Assembly: GCF_964204645.1 (NCBI RefSeq)
Contig: NC_134029.1
Span: 15,990,950 to 16,054,949, forward strand
Reading direction: 5' to 3'
DNA from: Tubulanus polymorphus
Taxonomy: Eukaryota > Animalia > Nemertea
DNA length: 64,000 nucleotides
A model generated the notes under the pieces. It did no database searches, was not told the DNA's origin, and saw only the letters and a list, made by a program, of their open reading frames with translations. Positions 38,509-49,600 of this stretch are shown in pieces (the stretch's first letter is position 1; every line of letters starts with the position of its first letter). Made by a program: the position numbers and the translations under genes.

Positions 38509-38545
38509 CACCTGATGAGGGGATATGATCCCGAAAACGTTCGTG
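38509..38545 (+). ncRNA. Minimal type I hammerhead ribozyme in the Penelope pLTR
   Basis: cac-CTGATGA-g-gggat/atg/atccc-GAAA-acgt-TC-gtg; palindromic stem III (aacgtt); TATATAAA at 38468 and AATAAA at 38548. Confidence 0.82.
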
Positions 38546-39599
38546 TTAATAAACTGTATTTACTCATTAGAAAATGAGGTTTTTAATGTTATCGCTTCTA
38601 TGGTTATTCAAATGTCCAATTATTGGATCTTTCTTGTTGACTCGTTTAATTTTGTGAGTTAAGAGTTCCAGTCAATCCACAATGTGCAGTGCCTAGCCTT
38701 CATCTACACTAAAGCCAAGCCTGTGTATGGGAAAAAAATATCGTTCGACTCCTATAGGCCAGACACATCAAAGCATGCAATACATTGCAGATAGTAGTCT
38801 CCGGCAAGTCGAAAGAGAAAGTAAACCAGGTTTTACCCCGTACCCTACCCGGGAACAAAGACACTTAAAGATTCCTTCCTCCTTGTAGAAATTGTAGAAA
38901 TATGGCACCCAATTGTAGCAATGCTAAGTACAGTATACTATGACGGTTGAACCTTTATTAACGAATTTCAATGACACCGAAAATAGAATCAAAATAATCA
39001 TTAGTTCCATGCTAGCACTTAATTTGGGTTATCAGGTTCAGCCTAACTGTACTTTCATTCAGCTACTACTTGTATGAGACTTGGCAATGATAAGTTGCAA
39101 GAAATCACCAAACATAAGAAAAAATATTGTGAATTAATATTACTGTGATTAAGAATTTATTCAAATGAAGTGATAACTTCATTGTTAGATCGTACCGGTA
39201 TATGCACATAAAACTATGGCAAAAAAACACATCTAACAATCCACGCAATCGATCAAGTCGATCAGAACGACGACCTTAAGGCATGTCTCTGTAACCGAAG
39301 GTAGAGCATAAAACACGGTTCAGGACTCGTCAGCGGACACCGGCCCGGAAAAAATTTCAAAACGTGTATTGTCGGTACCTAGCACGATTTCAGCGTTTTT
39401 CGGGAATTCCCTGAAATTTCGGCGTTTTTCGGAAATTCCCTGAAATTTCAGCGTTTTTATTTCAGCGTTTCAGCTTTTCAGCGTTTCAGCTTTTTCAGCG
39501 AAGTTCAGGAACCGTGAATTAGGAGTGAAACTCATAAAAAATGAAAAATAAATTCGAGCGTGCGAGAATTATTAATAACACTTTTCAAATAATACTTTT

Positions 39600-40091
39600 C
39601 AATGGATTGATGTTTTACCAAAATTGATAGAAGGTTATAATAATTCTTATCATTCTTCTATTGGAATGAAACCTATTGATGGTAGAAAACCTGAAAATGC
39701 TGAAATTGTTTGGAATAATTTATATGGAGCATTTCTTGTAGATGATTTTGGTGAACCTAAATTTAAAGTTGGTCAAAATGTTAGAATTTCTAAGTATAAA
39801 AAGATATGTGACAAAGGATACGATCGTAATTTTACTAGGGAAATATATAAAATAAAAAAGGTAATAACAACAAAACCATATGTCTATAAATTAGAAGATT
39901 TAAATGGTGAAGAAGTTGATGGATATTTTTATGAAGAAGAATTGAGTTTAACTACTGAAAATCTAGAACAAGAATATAAAATTGAAAAAGTATTAAAAAC
40001 AAAAACTATTAAAAGAAAAAAATATTCTTTAGTAAAATGGGTTGGATGGCCAGATAAATTTAATGAATGGATATTATCAAGTAAAATTTAA
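39600..40091 (+). pseudogene. Polinton integrase C-terminal half with chromodomain, copy C
   Basis: YNNSYHSSIGMKP, FKVGQNVRISK, VKWVGWPDKFNEWI; paralogous to 30801-31352. Confidence 0.88.
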
Positions 40092-40100
40092 AATATATAA

Positions 40101-40710
40101 ATGAATAAGGAATTATTTATATTTGAACCTCATAATATGTTAATTTCTGGTGTAACAAATTGTGGAAATACTTATTTTATATTAAATTTATCGGAAAATA
40201 TTTATAAAAACTATTTTGATAATATAGTATTATTTTGTCCAACATATGAATTTAATCAAACTTATGATAGAAATATTACTAGAAATAATAAATTCATTAT
40301 ATTTAATCCTAAAACAGTAAAAGAAACTTTAGATAGTTGTATTCAAATAGCAATTGATATTTATAAAGGATCAAATACATTATTCATTATAGCTGATTGT
40401 GCTAATCTACATGATTCAAAAGTGAGAGAAAGTGAATGTTATTTAGCTTTCTCTGGGAGACATTTTGGGATAACAACGTGGGTTTTAAATCAAAAATATA
40501 ATTCAATTGTTAAAGATTTTAGAGAAACATTAGATTTCTAGTTTTATTCTACAATAAAGATAGAAAATCGATGAAAAATGCACTTGAGGAAAATGATATT
40601 ATTCCACATGATTTACATAATGAATATATGGATAAATTGAAAAATAACAAAAGATCAAAATTACTATTTCGATTACAACACCCATTTAAATATGAATTTA
40701 TTTAAACTCA
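40101..40710 (+). pseudogene. Packaging ATPase, copy C (Walker motifs mutated, frameshift ~40525)
   Basis: GVTNCGNT and FIIADC; homologous to 30201-30808. Confidence 0.85.
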
Positions 40711-41044
40711 ACTAGCTTGTTAATCTAGTATATTTTTAGTTACATTCTAGTTGAAATCTAGTTATTGGTAGTTGAAACAAAAATCAAATAAAATTCAACA
40801 AGAAATAAATAAAAACAACAATATTTCAACTAGCTTGTTAATCTAGTTGAATTCTAGTTGAGTTTTAGTTTTTGACTAGAATTCTAGTTGAAATTTCGTT
40901 TTGATTTTAGCTCGGGTTTTCCCATTTATAGTTCTTCCTTGAAATTTGCCTCAATGATTATACAACGAGCAATCTGATTGGTGCCGCCAGTTTTCGTGCG
41001 GAAAGCTGCGCATGTACCTGCGCACCCGGTCTACTGATGCAGGG

Positions 41045-41130
41045 GTTCGTGCCGTGGCTGAGTGTAGCGATGCCATCAGGTTCGAATCCCAGCAGAGGGA
41101 GGATGGTGTTTCACCAAACCTCTTTAACAG
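41045..41130 (+). repeat. tRNA-derived SINE-like remnant
   Basis: Box A-like tggctgagtgt and box B ggttcgaatccc; no complete cloverleaf. Confidence 0.4.
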
Positions 41131-41229
41131 TTTTCACAGTGAAATAAGGTTTTTTCAAGCAGATTACTGGTAACACTCGGAAATGTCGGGCAGACGGCTC
41201 CAAAAAGATCAGGCAGATCTTAAATGAGA

Positions 41230-42412
41230 ATGACCTGAATGTGAATGTCAACGTAGAATATTTTGTGCGATTGCCGACTATTGACCAACATCAATTTCAT
41301 CCTGTGGGCACAGATGTAAGTATCTTTTGGAGCTATAATGGTGTTAATGCATGCTTCAACTATGTAACTTGTATACGTTTAGATATATATGGTTTTGCTC
41401 TAAATTTGTACTTATATTATAATAGGCAGCATTCTTGAGAGAATCTATGGATTCTATGGTAGTCGAAAAGATTAGGCAACTAACAAAAAATGGTGACTAT
41501 GCTGTATCAGAAATTAAGCGTCATTTGAACGTTTTTGTCAGAGATGAGTTGTTTCGTGGTCAGACTCCTCCTGAACATCACAGACGGAGATTTTTCCCAA
41601 CCGACCAAGGAATCAGAAATGTGATGAAAAAGGAAAAAATGTCCACTCGCAATAGTAAGGTAAATTATTGCTTACACATTCTGGAGGTGTTGAAATGATA
41701 ATTTCATGAAATTACATGAATAAAATTGTAGGATTTGGTTAATATAGACCTGGCATTGTAGATTTTCATCAAAGTTTGTGTATATGGATGACGACTTTTG
41801 GGGACCTTAAGTAAATTGTTCTTTATTGCTAGATCGATCAAGAAAATTTAGCGAAACGATTTGACGATTGGAAGACTTCTGAAGAAAATCAAGGAGATAG
41901 CTTCTTTTTTCGCCCTTCCCATGAAGCAGACGATGGGGAAAAGAAAAACTTTCTTTCTGTTATCAAGCCTCTTGGCAACGAAGGTTCATCGATCGATATG
42001 GGAGTGATGTTTGTCTACTCGATGCGACTTACCGTACCGTTCGCTATGCTCTACCTCTTTTTTTCTTGGTTACGCGCACGAATGTGAATTACACTGTTGT
42101 GGGAGTTACATTACTGAACGTGAAGATGTGGAAAGCATAAGAGAGGCATTATCTATCTTCAGAAATTGGAATGTGGATTGGTATCCACAAGATTTTCTCT
42201 CTGATTATTGCCTGGCCGAAATAAATGCGATTGAGAGTGTTTTCAAAGGTAATTAGAAATGTAGGAGAATATGTATTTAGTTTTCACATGTATTTATTCT
42301 TAATTTTTCTCACATGTATTTATTATCAAAGGTGTGACTGTGCGTCTATGTGCCTTTCATCATGAGAAAGCTTGGAACGAGTGGCTTTCAAAAGTAGATC
42401 ATGGAGCAACTG
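41230..42412 (+). pseudogene. Intron-containing MULE-type DDE transposase fragment with a CARF-like N-terminal region
   Basis: Putative GT-AG introns at ~41316-41425, 41660-41832 and 42249-42331; exons read RRRFFPT, CLLDATYRTVRYALPLFF, FLSDYCLAEINAIESVF, LCAFHHEKAW; frameshifts present. Confidence 0.72.
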
Positions 42413-42677
42413 GTAAATATTATATAAATTCATATACAAGAGAAGTAATTGGAAAAGTGGGCTTTCAGATCAGAGTACGAGAGTGCGAGACACCTCTCAT
42501 CACTTTCATTTCCCACATGGTGATATTTCAATTAATTTTAAAAAATTATTTTTTTGCTTTTTTTCTAAAATATTAATCCATTTTGTTTATTGTCAATTTT
42601 GGAATTTCAGAAGTATTTTCATTTTTAATAGCAGTTGTTTCAGAATTATTAATATCATGAATTTTATTTGATTTCTT

Positions 42678-43392
42678 TTACCAACTACACCCAATCAAAA
42701 TGAATACAATTACAAATCCAGCTGTAAAATATAGATATTTATCAAATATTCTATTATTAGAAGTAGTAGAAATAACAATATTTTCACCATTTTTATTAAC
42801 ATTTTTATTACTTATTTTTTCTTTTACAGCTTTTTTATATTCTTGTGATTTAATTCCTAATTGCCGAGACCATTCAATTTGTTTCGGAGTTCTCGGTTTT
42901 TCTTTCACTTCTTCCACCTTGCTCATTTATTAAAGAAATATTTTTACTTTCAATACTTGAAAATGTTATAACTCCAGTTGATAATAATGTCATAAATCCA
43001 CCTAATTGAAATGATAAATATCCAATCCATTTATTTAATTCAGTCATAACTAGAAAATCATTTTTTAAATCGGAATATAATCTATTTTCATCTTCAATCG
43101 GTAGCATATATTTACATAATTTACTATAACCTTTTACTACATTTTCTGATATCTCATCATTAGTTCTAGCTATTCTCGCAGTTTCGTAAATCTTAAATAA
43201 TCTAATAATTTCATCTGATTTCATTGTATCTAATTCATTATAAGTTAAATTTTTACCGATAAAATTTTTACATTTTCCAGATGCTATTAATATTTCTAAA
43301 TGATGTTTGCAATAAAGATAATATTCATAACTATTATTTGTTGTAACATTATTTAAAGCACCATCATCTGGAGTTAATTTTGTTTCTGTTAT
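42678..43392 (-). pseudogene. Two small Polinton genes, copy C; the upstream one is cut by the BEL LTR
   Basis: Homologous to 31898-32895. Confidence 0.7.
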
Positions 43393-45455
43393 TGTCGGGA
43401 CTCGGTCCTATGGAGTGACTCAACTCTGTCAACTCTGTTGTTGTTTCGAATGTGACTGAACTGTCCAGTAAACTGTAAACTGTATATTTCCGAATTCAAT
43501 ACTATTTGTTATTCACGGTCTGTGGCCGTCATATTTGCTGCATATAAATATCTGTGTATGAATAAATCAGGAGGCATTTTTGTAAGATCACACTGTTCGT
43601 CGTGCTGAGTTCTTGTTCTCTGGTCGTCTCTCTCGTCAAATACTACATTTTGGTGCCGTGACCAGCGAAATTCGAGAAAATGCCGCCGAAGGAAGGAGAC
43701 GAAACTGAGAGACGTCTGAGAGCCAGACGGTCTGCAAATAAGGGTATAGTAACGAAACAATTAGAAGGTTTGGATCTCAGCTCAAGTAGCAAGCTAACGT
43801 GCTGGAATTGGAATCCGCGATGGAATCGTTGAGTCGGAAGATTGCTGTTATTCGAGATTTGGATCTACAAATATTAGAGCTGGTGGATGAAACCGCATTG
43901 GAAGAGACAGTGATTGAGTTCGACTCATATCTGGAAGAGCTTGAGAAGAAGAGATTTTTGATTGGTAAGTCCATTCAAAAGTATTTTACACAATTTCACG
44001 AAAATGGAAAATCGAAAACAAAAATGCAGCATAGTAGTCGTTTGCCGAAACTTGACTTGCCTAAATTTTCCGGTAAAATATTAGACTTTCGGCCCTTTTG
44101 GGATAGTTTTAAAGCGGCAATACACGATGATATACATTTAAGTGATGTTCAGAAGTTTACTTATTTGAGAGTGCAACTCGAGGGTGAGGCTGCGCGGGCT
44201 ATTGCTGGAATCTCGTTGACGGCTGATAATTATATAGCTGCCGTAGAAATACTAAATAAGCGTTTTGATCAGGATTCAAGAGTTGTGAATGCTTACATGC
44301 AATTGATGTTAGATTTGAAAGCCCCCAAGGAAAATCTCCGAGAATTACGTGAATTTTCGGATTCTATAGAATCTGCGGTTAGAGGACTTGAAACGTTGGG
44401 TAAAAGCTCTGACTCGTATGGTGATTTACTCACACCCGTTATAAGTAAGTTACCTGCTCCGACACTAAGAAATATTGCGCGATTAAATGGAGGAACGGTA
44501 GAGATGACCCTTACATGTTTGCTTTCTTTTCTTACAACTGAATTAAACGTTATGGAGTCTTGTAGTAGACCAGATGATCATACGCAAACATACGAGTACG
44601 GATCAGCATCAGCGCTACATTCGAATATAAAAAGTCGTCCATGTGTTTATTGTAAGAATTTACACAACCCAACTGATTGTAAAGTTGTTTCTGACGTTGA
44701 AAAACGTAGAATTTTGTTAAAACAATCTGGCCGTTGTTTCAATTGCTTTGGTAATCATATAGTGAGTCAGTGTCGTTCTCGTTTCAGATGTAAATTATGC
44801 GATAAAAAGCATCATACAAGTATTTGTCCTGGCAAGTCCAACCAGCGTGTTCAATTTGATCGAAGTAAATTCACTGCGGGAAATAAAGACGGTAGCACCA
44901 GCACTCTAAGATCTGAGGCTTGTGAAATTGGGTCTGGTTCAAATGCCACAAATTCCAAACATTCAGATATTTCACAATGTAATTCCGCATCTGAATTAAG
45001 CACAGAAGTGAAACAGTATTTTACATCAGCAGATTGTGCAGTTCTTTTAAAGACTGCAGTTGCTACCCTTGCTTCCCCTACAAATGAATTTATTGGTGAA
45101 GCACACATACCCTTCGATGAAGGGGCGACACGATCATTTGTTTCGCGAGCACTTGTTGATAAATTAGGTTTGCATCCGGTAAGGTCAGAGTTTATTAGTG
45201 TAACTAGATTTGGAGGAGATAAATCCATTACTAGGAAAATGGATGTGGTGGAATTTGACGTTGTAACTTTGGATAAAAAACGCATTCGGATAAGTACTTT
45301 AGTTTGTCCTACAATAGCAACACCGCTAGCCAATCGTGTGCAGTACTCGGTGTCTAGATATCCGTATTTGAAAGGGCTTAAGTTAGCTAACAATATGTCT
45401 GATTATGATTTATTTGATGTAACACTACTTATAGGTGCAGATTTATATTGGTCTT
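43393..45455 (+). mobile_element. BEL/Pao LTR retrotransposon, 5' portion only
   Basis: LTR TG...CA at 43393-43647 with TATAAA and AATAAA; PBS TGGTGCCGTGACCAG (tRNA-His-like) at 43651; gag-protease ORF cut by a HINE. Confidence 0.88.
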
Positions 45456-45664
45456 TTATTAGGGTTTTCTGTTATTTCACAGAAAACCCTATTGATATCC
45501 GCGTAATTATTATTAGGGTTTTCTGTTATTTCACAGAAAACCCTATTGATATCCGCGTGATTATTATTAGGGTTTTCTGTTATTTCACAGAAAACCCTAT
45601 TGATATCCGCGTGATTATTAATATTATTATTTTCTTCCACACTATTTTTACCAAAAGAACATAG
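43799..45664 (+). CDS. BEL/Pao Gag-protease (DUF1759-like, triple Cys/His knuckles, aspartic protease); C-terminus replaced by HINE sequence
   Basis: LPKLDLPKFSG...FWDSF; CVYC..H....C, CFNC...H....C, CKLC...HH...C; FDEGATRSF; LLIGAD. Confidence 0.88.
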   Translation: MLELESAMESLSRKIAVIRDLDLQILELVDETALEETVIEFDSYLEELEKKRFLIGKSIQKYFTQFHENGKSKTKMQHSSRLPKLDLPKFSGKILDFRPFWDSFKAAIHDDIHLSDVQKFTYLRVQLEGEAARAIAGISLTADNYIAAVEILNKRFDQDSRVVNAYMQLMLDLKAPKENLRELREFSDSIESAVRGLETLGKSSDSYGDLLTPVISKLPAPTLRNIARLNGGTVEMTLTCLLSFLTTELNVMESCSRPDDHTQTYEYGSASALHSNIKSRPCVYCKNLHNPTDCKVVSDVEKRRILLKQSGRCFNCFGNHIVSQCRSRFRCKLCDKKHHTSICPGKSNQRVQFDRSKFTAGNKDGSTSTLRSEACEIGSGSNATNSKHSDISQCNSASELSTEVKQYFTSADCAVLLKTAVATLASPTNEFIGEAHIPFDEGATRSFVSRALVDKLGLHPVRSEFISVTRFGGDKSITRKMDVVEFDVVTLDKKRIRISTLVCPTIATPLANRVQYSVSRYPYLKGLKLANNMSDYDLFDVTLLIGADLYWSFIRVFCYFTENPIDIRVIIIRVFCYFTENPIDIRVIIIRVFCYFTENPIDIRVIINIIIFFHTIFTKRT

Positions 45665-46619
45665 GCTTTGTTACCTTACCGCTGTTTCATATACAATCCA
45701 TATAATATCGTTCACCTCACTGAGATCTACAAATAGCCCGCGTGTTTTTTCACGAATCATCGTTACAAAAGCGCTGTCGGGCCGTAAACATCGAAAATTT
45801 AGCCCCATTCAATGGGGCGACATGTTTTTCGAGTCGTCATCCCGAAATCAACCCGCAGGCCGACTGTCACTTCGATTATCAATTCAAGTATAAATGAACT
45901 AATTTATTGCCGCAGACTTCACATTCAGTAAACTAAACACGCCGAAGAGATATAGCGGAGAAAAGCTGTTATGTCGACGAGGTATCAAAATAAAAGAATA
46001 TATTACTTTATTCGGCCGCGGGCTTCAACCTCTATATCAATACCATCAATACTCTATATTTCCTACAGTACATACCGATCATTGTCAAATGCACAAGGTA
46101 TTTACTAAATACAAGTATATAACACATAATCCTTTCCGTATGCTGGACTCACACTTGACATTCGGAGTAAGCGTTCGCTGTGGGGGAAAGGGATCGTTCG
46201 CTGTGTCGCTCGAAGTGTTTATCGAGTTTGACGCGGCTTTAGGCCTACCGGTACTGAGCTTCATTGTATCAAACAAACACAGTACAATTGTTGCGTTTAT
46301 TAACGGACTCATTGGATTGAACTTCAAAACAAAATTTACGATATTTAGGTGGGTTGTTAAATTCAATAGGCCTACGACCAATCTGTCCAGATGTTAGGCC
46401 TACACATATACAAAGGCCTACATAGGCTAGTAGCCTCTACTAGGTTAAGCGTTCGCTGTGGGGGAAAGGAGATCGTTCGCTGTGTCGCTTGAAGTGTTTA
46501 TCGAGTTTTACGCGACCTTAAGGCTTTAGTATGGTGGCTGATAAGGGCCATGCGTAAAAAAACACGTATATGCAAATGAGGGCGGCATTATGACAAAACG
46601 ACAAAACTAAAATAACGCG

Positions 46620-49600
46620 ACAAAACAATAATTTTGGTTTTATCGCCCGCGACAATTCATTATTTTGGTTTTATCGCCCGCGATAATTCATTATTTCGGT
46701 TTTATCGCCCGCGACAATTCATTATTTTGGTTTTATCGCCCGCGACAATTCATTATTTTGGTTTTATCGCCCGCGACAATTCATTATTTTGGTTTTATCG
46801 CCCGCGACAATTCATTAGTTTGGTTTTGTCACCCGCGACAATTCATTATTTTGGTTTTATCGCCCGCGACAATTCATTAGTTTGGTTTTGTCACCCGCGA
46901 CAATTCAAGATTTTGGTTTTTCTGCCGCGACAATTCATTTTTTGGATTTGTCGCCCACGACAATACAATATTTTGGTTTTATCGCCAGCGACAATTCATT
47001 ATTTTGGTTTTATCGCCCGCGACAATTCATTATTTTGGTTTTATTACCCGCGACAATTCATAAGTTTGGTTTTGTCACCCGCGACAAATCAATATTTTGG
47101 TTTTGTCGCCCATGACAATTCAATATTTTGGTTTTTATCGCCCGCGACAATTCATTATTTTGGTTTTATCGCCCGCGACAATTCATTATTTTGGTTTTAT
47201 CGCCGGCGACAATTTTTTTTTTGTCGCGGCTTTATCGCCCGCGACAATTCATTATTTTGGTTTTATCGCCCGCAACAATTCATTAGTTTGGTTTTGTCAC
47301 CCGCGACAAATCAATATTTTGGTTTTGTCGCCCATGACAGTTCAATATTTTGGTTTTTATCGCCTGCGACAATTCAATATTTTGGTTTTATCGCCCGCGA
47401 TAATTCATTATTTTGGTTTTGTCGCCTGAGAAAATTCATTATTTTTGTTTTATCGCCCGCGACAATTCATTATTACGGTTTTATCGCCCGCGACAATTCA
47501 TTATTACGGTTTTGTCGCCTGCGACAATTCATTATTTTGGTTTTATCGCCCGCGACAATTCATTATTTTGGTTTTATCGCCCGCGACAATTCATTATTTT
47601 GGTTTTATCGCCCGCGACAATTCATTATTTTGGTTTTATCGCCCGCGACAATTCATTATTTTGGTTTTGTCGCCTCGACAATTCTTTTTTTGGTTTTGTC
47701 GCCCGCGACAATTCATTAGTTTGGTTTTGTCGCCCGCGACAATTCAATATTTTGGTTTTGTCGACCGCGACAATTCAATATTTTGGTTTTGTCGACCGCG
47801 ACAATTCAATATTTTGGTTTTGTCGCCGGCGACAATTCATTATTTTGGTTTTGTCGCCCGCGACAATCAATATTTTGGTTTTATCGCCGGCGACAATTCA
47901 TTATTTTGGTTTTGTCGCCTGGACAATTCACCATTTTGGTTTTGTCGCCTGCGACAATTCATTATTTTGGTTTTGTGGCCCCGACAATTCTTTTTTTGGT
48001 TTTGTCGCCCACGACAATTCATTAGTTTGGTTTTGTCGCCCGCGACAATCAATATTTTGGTTTTATCGCCCACGACAATTCATTACTTTGGTTTTATCTC
48101 CAGCGACAATTCATTATTTTGGTTTTGTCGCCCACGACAATTCATTTTTTTGGTTTTGTCGCCCGAGACAATTCATTATTTTGGTTTTATCGCCCGCGAT
48201 AATTCATTATTTTGGTTTTATCGCCCGCGACAATTCATTAGTTTGGTTTTGTCACCCGCGACAATTCAAGATTTTGGTTTTTCTGCCGCGACAATTCATT
48301 TTTTGGATTTGTCGCCCACGACAATACAATATTTTGGTTTTATCGCCAGCGACAATTCATTATTTTGGTTTTATCGCCCGCTACAATTCATTATTTTGGT
48401 TTTATCGCCCGCGACAATTCATTAATTTGGTTTTGTCACCCGCGACAATACAATATTTTGGTTTTATCACCAGCGACAATTCATTATTTTGGTTTTATTG
48501 CCCGCGACAATTCATTATTTTGGTTTTATCGCCCGCGACAATTCATTAATTTGGTTTTGTCACCCGCGACAAAACAATAATTTTGGTTTTGTCGCCCGCG
48601 ACAATTCATTATTTTGGTTTTATCGCCCGCAACAATTCATTAGTTTGGTTTTGTCACCCGTGACAATTCAAGATTTTGGTTTTTCTGCCGCGACAATTCA
48701 TTTTTTGGATTTGTCGCCCACGACAATACAATATTTTGGTTTTATCGCCAGCGACAATTCATTATTTTTGTTTTATCGCCCGCGACAATTCATTATTTTG
48801 GTTTTATCGCCTGCGACAATTCATTAATTTGGTTTTGTCACCCGCGACAAAACAATAATTTTGGTTTTGTCGCCCGCGACAATTCATTATTTTGGTTTTA
48901 TCGCCCGCGACAATTCATTATTTTGGTTTTATCGCCCGCGACAATTCATAAGTTTGGTTTTGTCACCCGCCACAAATCAATATTTTGGTTTTGTCGCCCA
49001 TGACAATTCAATATTTTGGTTTTTATCGCCCGCGACAATTCATTATTTTGGTTTTATCGCCCGCGACAATTCATTATTTTGGTTTTATCGCCCGCGAAAA
49101 TTTTTTTTTTGTCGCGGCTTTATCGCCCGCGACAATTCATTATTTTGGTTTTATCGCCCGCAACAATTCATTAGTTTGGTTTTGTCGCCCGCGACAATTC
49201 AAGATTTTGGTTTTTCTGCTGCGACAATTCATTATTTTGGTTTTGTCGCCTGGACAATTCACCATTTTGGTTTTGTCGCCCGCGGCAATTCATTATTTTG
49301 GTTTTGTCGCCCCGACAATTCTTTTTTTGGTTTTGTCGCCCGCGACAATTCATTAGTTTGGTTTTATAGCCCACGACAATTCATTTCTTTGGTTTTGTCG
49401 CCCGCGACAATTCATTATTTTGGTTTTATCGCCCGCGACAATTCATTATTTTGGTTTTATAGCCCACGACAATTCATTACTTTGGTTTTATCTCCAGCGA
49501 CAATTCATTAGTTTTGTCGCCTCGACAATTCTTTTTTTGGTTTTGTCGCCCGCGACAATTCATTAGTTTGGTTTTGTCGCCCGCGACAATTCAATATTTT

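Larger units (their letters stand above)
36208..38609. mobile_element. Penelope-like retroelement: 5'-truncated copy plus inverted partial copy
   Basis: ~1.06-kb near-perfect inverted repeat; TSD CAAATGTCCAATT (36195-36207 and 38609-38621); 27-nt extra 3' tail on the left copy only. Confidence 0.92.
34725..39514. mobile_element. Non-autonomous Mutator-like (MULE) DNA transposon
   Basis: ~234-bp TIRs (34725-34958 and 39281-39514) with internal gctgaaa repeats; 9-bp TSD TGAATTAGG (34716-34724 and 39515-39523). Confidence 0.88.

Noticed and set aside
41045-41100. tRNA gene (also 55355-55425)
   Set aside because: Only box A/B-like motifs; the cloverleaf cannot be completed.
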